Shown piece by piece: positions 28,494 to 44,194 of a stretch of 64,000 bases of DNA. Numbering within the stretch: the first letter of the stretch is position 1; the number at the start of each line of letters is the position of its first letter. This stretch comes from the human T2T-CHM13v2.0 reference genome, Homo sapiens, in NCBI RefSeq assembly GCF_009914755.1, contig NC_060932.1; one strand, 5' to 3'. The position numbers and the translations under genes were made by a program. The notes under the pieces were generated by a model, which was not told the origin of the DNA, made no database searches, and worked only from the letters and a program-made list of their open reading frames with translations.

Positions 28494-28769
28494 CTACAAG
28501 TATTGAATTGACAATATATACACACACATGTTTGTATGAGTTTTCTCATGGGAATACTTTCAACTACTTAATTAGCATTGGATAGGATGCATCCATTCAT
28601 GGGATATTTGTTGAGAGCCTACAATGAACTAGGAAAACCTGGCAGGAAGACTAGAAGATGAACACTAAAGATGAGGAGGAGAGCGCACATTATCAGGGCA
28701 CAAGGTGGTGAAGAGGGAGGATGCATTTGAAAAGAGGTTAGGACAATGCTTTTCAGAAAATGTTCTCCA

Positions 28770-29000
28770 GGACAGAATGGTTTATTTGGTGTTAAACCAT
28801 AGGCCCTGGAACCAAGTAGACTTGGATTCAGATCTCATCTTGGCAACTTCCTAGTTCTTTGCCTGGGGTTGTTATTTAAACTCTCTGTATTGTGATTTCT
28901 TCATCTATACATAGGAATGGTAAGAATATCCACATCATAAAGTTCTTCTAAGGCCAATGGATAGGTTACATAAAGTTCTCAGCACAATGGTGAACATATA
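28770..29000 (+). mobile_element. MIR
   Basis: TTATTTAAACTCTCTGTATTGTGATTTCTTCATCTATACATAGG core. Confidence 0.65.
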
Positions 29001-29001
29001 A

Positions 29002-29396
<395 letters not shown>

Positions 29397-30573
29397 TCAA
29401 ATACGTTTGAGAAGCAAACTTTTTAAAAATGTTAAATAGAATTCTTGACTGCCAGAATTTATACATTGTACATCATGGGGACTGAGGGAGGATTGTAAAG
29501 AGTCCAATGCTTTTCCAATGTATTAAGGCACAGACCTATCCTCACTCCCTCCAAGTGCCATTTTTTTTTTATCTGATGATCTTGCATATTATACTCCTAT
29601 AAATGCTAGTGGTCTAGGACAAAGTGAAGGTTTAGCTCAGAAGCCTATAAATAGTATAGGGTTCGGGGTGGGCAACTGAAAGACAGGAAAAGATGATAAT
29701 TTCTGAGTGAAGGCAGGCAGGGAGAGGCAGCTATGTCTGCTTATCTAGACAAGGATGGCTAGAATTTGATTGGCTTTTGGACATCTTATGGTGGGAATTC
29801 TGCAAGACCAGAGGGACTGTTCCCTTGCCTCTGAGACAGTGGAGGCTGGTACTCATTCTGGTTATGCTTTGGCCTTCATGTAGACCAAGGAATCTCAACA
29901 CTCTGTACTTTTTTTCACTTCTTATGTGTCCATCCTGTTTCTGTTCTCCCACACAAATAGTCTGGGCCAGCATCTTGGCAGCAGAGAATTCATTTGTTGA
30001 CCCAGTCATTCACTTACTCATTTGTTCATTCTATTTTGCAACACATATTTCCTTCAACAAACTATTATGAGTGACTTACCAGGTGCCAGGCATAGGAATA
30101 GCTCCTGAGGACACACAAGTGGAGAATATTCAGTCCTGGCTCTGAGGAAACACAAAGGCTCTGAGGATAGCATGTGAATTTCTATCTACCTGGGGAAAAT
30201 CTCCATAAGCAACTATTCTAATAAAATATGATGTCTTCTATAATAATAGTAAATAAAATATTCTTTGGATGCATAGTTTCTGTGATCTCAAGCACTCACC
30301 AATGCTGTTCCCATCATGCTGTTTATATTCTAGGATCTTCAATGATCCCATACCCTTCACAAAGCCTTCTGGTCTCTGGGGTAAGAAGATTTCCATCTCC
30401 TTTCACTGAACTATTATCAGCAGCCTATCTGACTGCCCCTACTCTTTCAGGTCTTGGATGTGAACTGCCCTGTATGTGACTTAACTCCTTTACAAAACTG
30501 TATTCTGGACAGCAGAAATTACATCTAATATTATATTTACATGTCTCAGAGCACAAAGATCTTACAATGCATT

Positions 30574-31113
30574 GTGATGGTTTGAAAGTTCATCATACAT
30601 TTTTTGACACTCCTCCCTTCAAGAGGTGAAGACTAATTCTCCCTATCTTGAGTGTGGACTGCACCTTTGCAACTTACTTCTATTGAGCAAAATAAAGCAG
30701 AAGTGATAGTATGCAATATTAGAAACTAGGTCATAAAAGATAGTGTGGGTTATGACTTCTTTTTTGAATCAGTTTCTCAGAGAGGAAGCAGCTGCTACAT
30801 CACTAGGACACTCAAGAGGTCCACGTGGTGAGAAATAGGCCTCCTGGCAACCATCACAACTAACTCTCCAGTCCTGTGAGGAAGTCACATTGGAAGCAGT
30901 TCTTCCAGCCCCATTCAAGTCTTCAGGTCTTGAAGGTTTCAGGCAGCCCAAGCTGACATCGTGACTGCAACCCCATGAAAGGGCCTTAGCCAGAGCCACC
31001 CAGTTATGTCATTTCTAAGCTCCTGACCCTCAGAAACCATTAAGATAATAAGTGCTTGCTACTTTAAGCTGCTAAATTCTGGATAGTTTGTTATATAGCA
31101 ATAGATTACCAAG
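30574..31113 (+). mobile_element. MaLR LTR (MLT1E/F)
   Basis: TTTGACACTCCTCCCTTCAAGAGGTG...GTTTGTTATATAGCAATAGAT. Confidence 0.8.
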
Positions 31114-31279
31114 AACCAACACACATGTATACTTGCTCTATGAAAGAAAGAAAATACTTCTTAGGCCACCAGTGTCATCCATGTTGCTGAATCCTATGGA
31201 TATTTTTTAGTATTTATTTTACTTGTATTCAGCCTCACTCAACACAGAAGCAGAAAATGTCTCTTTTCTCTTTTGAAAA

Positions 31280-33550
<2,271 letters not shown>

Positions 33551-33929
33551 TTTCCTTCATAACACTTTATAAAATTTGACTATGTAATTATTTTTGACTA
33601 TATAATAATTAAAACATAATATTTGCAGATTATTTTTGTAAGTACTTGTTTAATGATCACTTCTGTCTAATTTTGTTGCTGGAACATAAATAGGTTTAAG
33701 GAACTATTTAATAAAGAAATGAGTGCACCCTTAACTTGATCACCTTACACCTCTAATGAAGTTCTGGTAAAGTTATTTCCCCAGTCTTATCCCCTGCCTT
33801 ACGCTGTGATGTTAAATTCATAGTTGAAAGAGGCCTTGGACATTATTTATTCTAAACCACTCATGTTTCAGATTGAAAGTCTGCAAATCAGAGAAGTTAA
33901 GTGACTTCCCTGAAGTTACTCAGACTGAG

Positions 33930-34390
33930 GTCTCAAGAAGGCTTTTATGGTCCTTCTTGAGATGACCCCTATCTACTTGAACAACTTCATGTTTCAGATA
34001 CTCTTATCTTATGTTTCTATGAGTGACTTCAGTATGTCATGCTTTCTCTTTCCTGAATCTTCATACTTGTTTTTCCTTTTTCTGGAACAATCTCCTCATA
34101 CCCACCCACCTTCCCTCACCTACTTCCTTCTGATCTCAGGTCTTAGTAAAAATATCACTTGCTCCAGAAAGTCTCCCATGACATGCTCACACTTGGAGTG
34201 TCTATAAAACCTATACTTCTCCCATCATAGCGTTTATTTCATTTTAAGCTATCACTTTCAAAATTATCTACTGACATACTGGACTTAAGAATTCTGTGCA
34301 GAAAGTCGCCGCACCAATCTTGCTCACACTTTTATTCCCAGTACCTAGCCCAGTTTTCAGTGCTTAATAAATAGGCCAGCAATGAATGCA
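33930..34390 (+). mobile_element. L2 3' region
   Basis: ATCTCAGGTCTTAGTAAAAATATCACTTGCTCCAGAAAG...CCCAGTACCTAG...GCTTAATAAATA. Confidence 0.65.
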
Positions 34391-35169
34391 CTTTCAGTGA
34401 ATTTATATATTTTCCTTTATAAGAATAAAAGGTCTCTGCTTTTATTAGACTGATAAATATTCAAAACTCTGGTTGGAGATAAAGGCAGCCCTTGCTTGAT
34501 ATGGTAAATGTGTATCTGAAGAAGTAAATTGAATTACTTTTAAATGTTCTAAAAGAGATTGCTATTTAAAGCGTTTATTTAGTGGATCTTTTCATGAAGC
34601 AAAAAATGTAATTTTAAAAGTAAGCATTGCTTACCCTTTTAGCCTCTAAGACTATTGGAGCTTGTAGAGCCTCGGGATGTTGACGGCATCTGCCTATGGC
34701 CGAGGGGGATGGAAGTAACAGTTCTTGCTGGATGTGGGAGAAGATGAAACAAAATGTTTGAACATTAACCTCATTGGCATATTTTTGCAAAACATTTATG
34801 AGACAGATTTTTGACCTCTCGATAGAAATCAAGGATGCCAATCCCATTTACAGATGAGGGAACTGGGAGATCTTGCCCTTTTGCTTTGAAGAAATCTAGT
34901 ATGGATAGGTAGTCCCCAAATCACCACATCACAGAATATCAGGATTGGAAGACATTTCTGAGATCAACTGGCCCAATCCCCACGGTAGAAATGGGGAAAC
35001 CAAGGTCCAGCTGTAATTAACCTCACCAAGTTCAAAAAAATGATTTACTGATTGTCTGGACTGAAACACAGAACTTAGGACTCTGATTCGGATGAGCTCC
35101 CTATTTATGAATTGATTTCCTTATTCAGAAGTTGAATAATCTCAGGATTGAGATCCCTTAGGATGTGTG

Positions 35170-35410
35170 CAGCACCCTAGTTGAGAACATAAAGTGTGGA
35201 ACCAGAAAGATCTGGATTTCAGTGCAAGCTCCCTTAACAACTCAGTGACTTTAGGCAATTTATACTATCTCTGGAAGTCTCACTTTCCTCATCTGCAGAA
35301 GAGTGCACAGTAATAGTATCTACGTTATAGAGTGTGTACATCCCTTATAAGGTGATGTACACAAGAAGCTTAGATGAGAGCCTGGCACACAGCAGAAGCT
35401 CAGTAGTGGT
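35170..35410 (+). mobile_element. MIR followed by an (ATG)n-like tract
   Basis: GTGACTTTAGGCAA...CTCACTTTCCTCATCTG...GCCTGGCACACAGCAGAAGCTCA. Confidence 0.7.
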
Positions 35411-37204
35411 GATAATGATGATGATGAAGAGGATGATAGTGACAATAATGATAATGAGGATGGTTTTAATGATGAATGGGCTTTTTCCTTTGTTACTTCC
35501 TCCTACCCATAGATAAATGGGCACATGTCCATCTTCTGTAATCTGAGATACTTAACTCAAAAATGAACTGCAAATTGAAACAAGTGGCTAGAAAGAGGCA
35601 GTTCTAGGTGTTACATGGATAGCAATTACCTGCATTTAAGCTTGTTAAAAGTTAATGTGCTGCTTACAGCCTCCAATCCAACTGAGCTGATGTCTAGCTC
35701 CTGCCTAGAAAAAAACTACTCAAGAGAGACTTTTATTTTCTTCTCTTTTCTAGTTCTCCTCTCACCTCTGCTTTAAAAAATAAACAAACTCTTAGCACCC
35801 AAATTAATAAGTAAATAAGATGCTAAGAAAAGCCTTCATGTAAATCCAGCTCTCAGGAAACGTGAGAGGAACATTCTATAGGTTCTAGTGTGAATGATGA
35901 TTATTTTACAGTTTTCCTCTCCTCCTTTCTGTACCAGCTTTGATCAAGACTAGGAAAAATGGGACACAGAGCTTCCAAGGGAGCTGATTTCTAGGACATT
36001 GCTGGTTCCTAGGAGAACATATTCTTAAGACCACTTTATTTTTCTAACACAAAATTTCTGTTTCTGCTTCTCAAAAATTTTATAAGAATTTACACTCTTG
36101 GCTGTTTCCCCATAAAACATCAGCTCAAATAACATGGAAAGAAAGAACAATATTTTGTATTATGACATTAGATTTGAGTGTAGCCACAGTCATTTGGAAA
36201 AGCATCACAAAATGTTAGAATGACTAAGGATGGCACTTAAGCTATGGTAATGAATTTCCACCTGAAATCTGAAAAACATTGTGGAGCAGCAACTCATTCA
36301 TGTGCTACACTGGTCCATTCAGTGTGGCCCCAGATGAGAAAGACATCATCCAGGATAAATGTAACATGTAGTCATATAGACAGGCTTACCTGGCTGAATT
36401 CAGTGGTATGTATCACTAAAGCCTTGGCATTATCCCTACTTGGCTCCTGGCATCTCTTTGTATTATTTCATGCTGTCCTTGACCATATATAATCAGACTG
36501 TTTCTTGGATTGAGAACTGGTCTCACCGTTCTTACAGATGCTGGTTCTGGTGTTGCTTGGTTGTGGATTTGATTCTCCTAAAGTTCCGTAGCAGGGCAAG
36601 TAAAGAACTGCTTTGTGTTCCAGCTGCTCCGTCAGTCTCATCATTTTCCAAGCATGTGCCCTTCAGCTCATCCACCAGGTTACTATCCCTTCTACTAAGA
36701 AGGATCCCAGGGAAGGCCTTCAGGGGCTCCACTATACAGGCAAAGGATGCATCTCAATCTAAAAGAAACAAGCCCTAGGAGGACCATCAAACAATTGAAC
36801 TAAGTCACTCTTTCTTTTCCTTCCTTCCTTCTTTCTTTCCTTCCTTCCTTGCTCCCTACCTTTCTTCAGAATTTTCAGAGAGACAGACTGTTTTATGGAG
36901 AGCTGTGAGACATGAAGAGAAAGGTTATGTGGAGTAAGAGGTCTGGGGCTGCAGGGGTGGGGGTTGGTCATCTTAAGCCTTGTACAAGCTGATAAGTAAG
37001 TAGAATAACAATTTTGAGCAAAACTAGAACAGAGTAGATGCATGTAGAAAGGCAGAAATGACATGAAAGAGAATTGAAGTGAGAGCTTTCATTTGAGAAA
37101 CCGAGAGAGTGGCCATATTGCCCGTGCCTGAATAGCCCCCTCAATGCCCCAGATGGACAATGGGTATTTGTCTTGGAGTCCCAGGAGTCAAATTCTATAC
37201 TTTC

Positions 37205-37370
37205 AAACTCCCTTCCTTCTTCCCTTCCCTTCCCTTCTTCTCTCTCCTCTCCTGTCCTCTCCTCTCCCCTCCCCTCCCCTCATCTCCTCTCCACTCCTCT
37301 CCTTTTCTTTCCTTCTTTCCCTTTATTTTCTTCCTCCTTCCCTTTCTTCCTCCCTCCTTCCCTCTCTCTT
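37205..37370 (+). repeat. C/T-rich low-complexity polypyrimidine tract
   Basis: About 165 nt almost purine-free; second (TTCC)n tract at 36808-36867. Confidence 0.9.
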
Positions 37371-38834
37371 GGTTAGGCTGAGTAGGTTTATTTTCTTTAC
37401 AGTTATAGTGGCCTTTTCAAGTCCACATGTCACACACTTCCATGCACCATTTCTTTTCATATGTCAGTTCCTTCAACACTTCTGCCTTTCTTCCTCTATT
37501 ACCTGGGAAGCCCATATTCACCCTTCAGAAATCTGCTCACATTAGTATTACAAAACTTTCCTCAGCATCGGCAGGCAGAGTAAGTCATTCTTTCTTCTTG
37601 TTTCTATCACAGGAGCATCCTGCATTGTGGTTTCTATAACTCCCAGACCCGGGCCCCTTCACTTCTCTTCATGTTCCAGTGCTAATTGGCAGATCTTTCT
37701 GGTCCTTTTCTCACATATTCTTCAGAGAGGGACTCTGGTTGATGACTGTGGATTGACCCTCAGTGCTCAGATTTCACCCTGAGTTGATGTGCTGTCCCCT
37801 GTCCTCAGGAAGCTCTTCTATTCTTGTGCATCTTAATATAACTGTGCCTAACACTAGAATGAGTGTACCTCAAGTGCTTGCAACATACAATGAATGAATG
37901 ATGGTCCCTGTGGGGAAATAAAAAAAAAACCTCGAAATTATGATTTTCTTTAAATTTAAAGTTTTGTTTGTGGAAAAGTCTTTGTATACATTAGTTAGAA
38001 ATTAACACAAGTAATAAAGAAAAGTTATGATAGATGATACTCATACAAATAAAATATTGCCATCCTTACGAAACTAAAAACTAAAAAACAAATGCAATAA
38101 AATAAAGTTCTACAATTATTTGTACTCATTATCAGTGAAACCAATTGTAGTAGAAGAAATCTATGACTCTAACAATTTTTCTGGGATCTCTTCTTTATTC
38201 AACTTGATAAATTGTTTTGTCCCCAACTACAACTATGTGGTTATAGTGGCAACTTCTGGTCTGAGGACTTCAGCTGGTTGATGGGGGTGGAAAATGTATC
38301 ATAAGTTAAACCCAATCAAATTTTGTATTTTGACTTTTGTGGGGAGAGTCTGTGTGAGGGGTTGGGACACAGTCTTTTTGGGTAAAGTTAAAAGAGATGA
38401 GTTCTGTGAGTCTCTAGCCACCATATTTTGTCCATGTTTGCCCTTTGCTAAAAAGGATCAAGTGTACCTGAGAGACAAAAGATGACCCAACCCCAAGAGA
38501 AAGAAGCAGAGATGAGATGTGGAGGTTTCCTGGAATGTTTGAGTGCTTCCAATTGTTTCTGAGACTACCTGCAGCTCAGCCCTTTATGCAGTTAAATGAA
38601 GTTTCCAATCATTTACTTTTGTTTTAAAGCTAAACCCAACTCAAGTTGAGTTTTTGTCACTTGCTACCAATTGTCTTTATACAGTATAGTTGCACAGATG
38701 CCAATAATACTGCCGTGTATCAAGGACAGAGTACTGGTTACGCTTGATCTCATTTCACAGCAATCTCTATCTATTTCTCACCAACTCAAGAACACATTTG
38801 AGAACACAAGATAACCACTTATTTGTATAGCAGT

Positions 38835-39500
<666 letters not shown>

Positions 39501-39509
39501 GCAATTTTA

Positions 39510-40055
39510 GATACATATTAAAATTGAGTGGGAGGTATAGAGATTTCCCATGTATACCCCGTCCTCCACAGATGCATAGCCTTGCTCATTCTCAACATCC
39601 CCCACCAAAGTAGTATGTTTATTGCAATGACAAACCTGCATTGACACATCATCATCACCCAGAGTCCACAGTTTACATCAGTTTCACTCTTAACATTGTA
39701 CATTGTATGAATTTGGAAGAATGTGTAATGACATGTGTCCATCATTTTAATACCATACAGAGTAGTTTCACCGCCCTAGAAATTCCCTGTTCCCTACCTA
39801 TTCGTGTCTCCTTCTCCCCTAACCCCTGGCAACCCTTGTTCACTTTACTATCTTCATAGTTTCGCCTTTTCCAGAATGTCATAGAGTTAAAATCATATAG
39901 TATGTAGCCTTTTCAGATTGGCTTCTTTCACTTAGAAAAATGCATTTACATTTCCTCCATCTCTTCTTATGGCTTGATAGCTCATTGTTTTTTTTTGGTA
40001 CTGAATAATATTCCACTGGCCGGATGGACTAGTTTATTAATCCATTCGCCTACTG
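39510..40055 (-). mobile_element. L1MC-like 3' UTR
   Basis: CATTGACACATCATCATCACCCAGAGTCCACAGTTTACAT; similar in reverse to 8600-9000. Confidence 0.8.
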
Positions 40056-40529
40056 ACATATTACTTTTTAAACATCCATGATTGATCATGATAAGCCATT
40101 ATGCTGTGCCAATAATGGTTTAGATCTTGTAATTTACAATATGCGATAACCTGGGCTAAATCACTTCATTTATCTTGCACGGACTGTATTTCCTCTGTAA
40201 AGTGAAGTGTGGTGATTAGATGTCCTCTGTCTCCAAGAACAAGTTTCCATGGTTATGTGAGAGAGTCTTCAAAAGTGAACAAAGGTTCTGAATCTAAACC
40301 ATGGATTATCAATGGTCAGGAATGTTATCCTCCAGGGCTGAGGTTGTGGAGGATGTACAAAAAAGGAATCTGGAATATTTGACTTTTAAAGCTTTGCAAG
40401 ATTCCCTCCCAATCCTCGCCCAATTTGATGTACCCAGTGCTGGATCCCAGGAGAAATTTTGAAATAAACACAATTTCTGGTTAAAAGAATAGTCCTGGAG
40501 CCGAACTGATGTGGAGGAAACAGGCTCTG

Positions 40530-41170
40530 GGAATCGTAAAACCAGATGGGACAGGCTTTCTGGGCTCACACCCATGCTGCTGTGGCCTCCTGGTGTATCT
40601 CCCTGCATTTGTTCTCTTCATTCCAGTTTATCCTTTGCACGGTTACCAGGGCGATGTTTCTGAAACAACAAATCCGATGGCAACATCATTTCTGCTGAAA
40701 ATTCTTCAGAGATTGCTTTTTGTCTCTAGGATAAGCCCAAACCTCTTAACATGGCATTCAAAGCTGCAAGTCCCCCTCACCATTCCTGCTGCTCACCACT
40801 CCCCACCTCCTCATACCTCAGGCTTGCAGGGCATACTGAACCGTTTTCTGCTTACAAATGACTAGGCTCTTCTTCACCTCTGCACCTTTGAAAAGGCTGT
40901 TTCCTCTGCTTGAGCCACTGCTCCTCCTCACCACCCTCCTCTCCATGCCCTGCCTGGGAAGCTATTCACCTTGCATCGCCGCTAGAATAGTACTTTCCCT
41001 ACAGAGCAATCCCTCACCCTCTCCTCTCTCAGACATTTAGTCTCTGACTCTGGTTTCACACTTCCCCTGGTTTATTGCATTTATTTATTTGCATCTCTGT
41101 CTCCCTGCTTGTCTGTCAGCAACTGGGAGAGCCTGGTTCATAGTAGGTAGTCAGAAATGCTTATTGATTG
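40530..41170 (+). mobile_element. L2 3' region
   Basis: CTAGGATAAGCCCAAACCTCTTAACATGGCATTCAAAG...GCCTGGTTCATAGTAGGTAGTCAGAAATGCTTATTG. Confidence 0.7.
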
Positions 41171-44100
41171 CATCAGCAGAGGTAAATATATGCATCTGAG
41201 CTATAGAATGAACCCAATTGTCTTCTTATTTATGCAAAGAGGAGCAGATTAAAAATTAACAAACATATCCATTCCCTAAGAATATCTCATAAAGAAGCAT
41301 CAGAAAATGCCAAGCATTTGGCCTTGGGGGTCATAAACCAGGCCCAGAATATATGTTTGTTTTGTTTTGTTTTGCTTTCTCCAAACTGCTGGGGCCAATG
41401 ACTTGTTGAAGCTGAACTATTTGGCTGAATTAGTAATGACTGTGCCTCACCTGGTGAAAATCAAAAGGCTGCAAATAAGTGCTGTGTTGTGAGTGTTAGC
41501 AGTGCTTTCTTACAAGCAGGATTTATGAAAATCTTAAAGGACTGAGGAAGAGCCACACTTACAGTCTGCGTGATATTCAGGTAATATTTTCAGAAGGGTT
41601 ATAGCACTTCTATCAGTCATTCTGACACCGGATTTGATGGCCTCTGCCCTCTTCTTGCTACCTTCTTGTGTGATACACAGATAAGATATGGATTGGAAAA
41701 GAATAAGAAGATGTTCCATGGCTCTGAAAAGAGGACCATGTATCTGACCTAAATTAGTCAAATCACTTCACTTCACTTTCCTCCTGACACCCTGGGTTGG
41801 GCTGGGTTTCCTCAGCTCTGCTCTCACAGAATTACACATCTCTCCATTTTAGCTGCATACTCAGTTTGTCATGTACATTTGCTTATTGTTTTGCTTAATG
41901 CAAGCATTTGCTTATTGTTTTGCTCTTCCAGCAGACAGGAAGCAACATGTGGACAGGGACTACATTCTTAGTACCTAGCACAGGGTCTGGCATATGGTCA
42001 GCATGTCTTGCTGAATGAAGTGATGGATAAAAGACCCTGTTCAGATAGCATGTCTATGTACAAGTGTGTGTAGGTATATGAGGCGGGAGCAGGGGAAACA
42101 GGAGCTGGAGGACATGTAATTGATGTGTGCCTGTGAATGAACATATATCTGCTTCATTTTGGTCTTGTATTGCAAGTCAACAATCTTCTGCATCCCAGCT
42201 TTGCCAGGTAATAAAAGCAAGCTGAAAATGCTTGCTGATATTCTTGGCAAATATTTCTCAAACTGCCCTTTCTGGAAGAAGAACTTGCCAAGATTTACTT
42301 TCCGTAGTCTATGTTATGAAAACAATAGATTTTAAAAATTGCTCTCCAGTAGAAATGTATAGGATCATTTGGAATACGCATTTTAAAAATTACACATCTC
42401 TTCCCTGTTCCCCTGGAGATGTACAAGCAAGCTCATGGCAAGTTATGCCCTCTCTGCTTCTCAGCTCAAAATCATTATTCCAGATAATGCAAAAGGTAGT
42501 CTCCAAACCCCTTGAGGACAGGGATTATGTCTCCTTTGCTCATCATTTCATCCTCTGTGCTTACAACAGTGCCTGAAACATGTCAGATGCATAATAAGTA
42601 ATTGTTGAGTGAACCATTGAAACTTATTCCTGTCATCTGTATTTGTGCCTGCTTTTATTGGTCTAGTTTGGATTTTTGGCTCTTTTGACACCTTGTCCTG
42701 TCTCCCTAGGATTTGGCTCTCCTCTTGGTTTCTCATCAGTTAATATCCTGGTGCTGCAGCCTGTTGCTTTCTCTGTCTGTTGGTGTGGTCTTGGCATCTC
42801 CCATCATCTTGAGAGAGCACTTCCTGCCTTAGCTCTCTGGTTTCCTAGAACTGACATCTGCTCCTGCTTTTTGGCCCTTATCTAAATCTGAGCCCTATCT
42901 TTTTCTTCTTGAGGTAGGAGATCTGGAAAGTATTTAATGCTAATAGAGATACATCAAGGTGATATATCTCCAAATAGGGAAACCATTTGTCCACTTAATA
43001 ACTTCCTTTAGTGGCTTTTGCAGGCAGTCAATTAAAAGTTGAAAGAACACTGGGTAGTAAGGCACAGGGCATGAGTCCTAGCCTAAAGTCTCCTCAGGTG
43101 GTGTATTAGCATTTTCCAGACCAACAGAACCAACAGGATATGTATGTATAGACATACCTTAGAGATATTGTGAGTTCATTTTCAGACGACTGCAATAAAG
43201 CAAATATTGCAATAAAGTGAGTCCCATAATTTTTTTTGTTTCACAGTGCACATAAAAGTTATGTTTACACTATGATGCAGTGTATTAAGTGTGCAATAGC
43301 ATTTTTCTAAAAAACAATACATATACATACCTTTATTAAAAAGGCTTTATAGATTAAAAATGTTAATGATCATCTGAGCCTTCAGTGAGTCATAATATTT
43401 TGGTTGGTGGAGGGTCTTGCCTCCATTTTGATGATCTGACTGACCAGCGTGGTGGTGGCTGACAGCTGAAGTGGCTGTGGCAATTGACCAAAATATGACT
43501 ACAATGAAGTTTGCCACATGGATTTACTCTTCCTTTTATGAAAGATTTCTCTGTAAAATATCATAGTATTTAATATCTTACCCACAGTAGAACTTTATCC
43601 AAAATGTGAGTCAATCTTCTCAAAACCTATATCTGCTTTATCAATGAAGTTGATGTAATATTCTAAACACTTTGTTGTAATTTTAACAATATTCACAGCA
43701 TCTTCACCAGGAGTAGATTATGTCTCAAGAAACCACTTTCTTTGCTCATTCATAAAAAGCAACTCTTCATCTGTTCAAATTTTATCATGAGATTGCAGCA
43801 ATTTAGTCACATTTGTAGGCTCCACTTCTAATTCTAGTTCTCTTGCTACTTCCACCACATCTGCAGTTACTTCCTCCAATGAAGTCTTGAATTCCTCAAA
43901 GTCATCCATGAGGGTTGGAATTAACTTCTTCCAAACTTTTTTAAACGTTAATACTTTGACCTCCTCACATGAAACATGAATGTTCTTAAGGGTACTTAAA
44001 ATGGTTAATCCTTTCCAGTTTCCCAATGTACTTTGCCCAGATCCATCAGAGGAATTACTATCTATGGAAGCTATAGCCTTACAAAATATATTGCTTACAT

Positions 44101-44194
44101 AATAAGACTTGAAAGTCAAAAATATTTCTTGATCCATAGGCAATGGAGCCAACCAATGAATGATGTGTTAGCAGGCATGAAAATAACATTAATC

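Noticed and set aside
41876-41924. 20-bp direct repeat CATTTGCTTATTGTTTTGCT
   Set aside because: Simple local duplication in L2-like sequence with no sign of function
43775-44152. TIGD1-like domesticated gene
   Set aside because: Fragment of a disrupted Tigger1 lacking its central part
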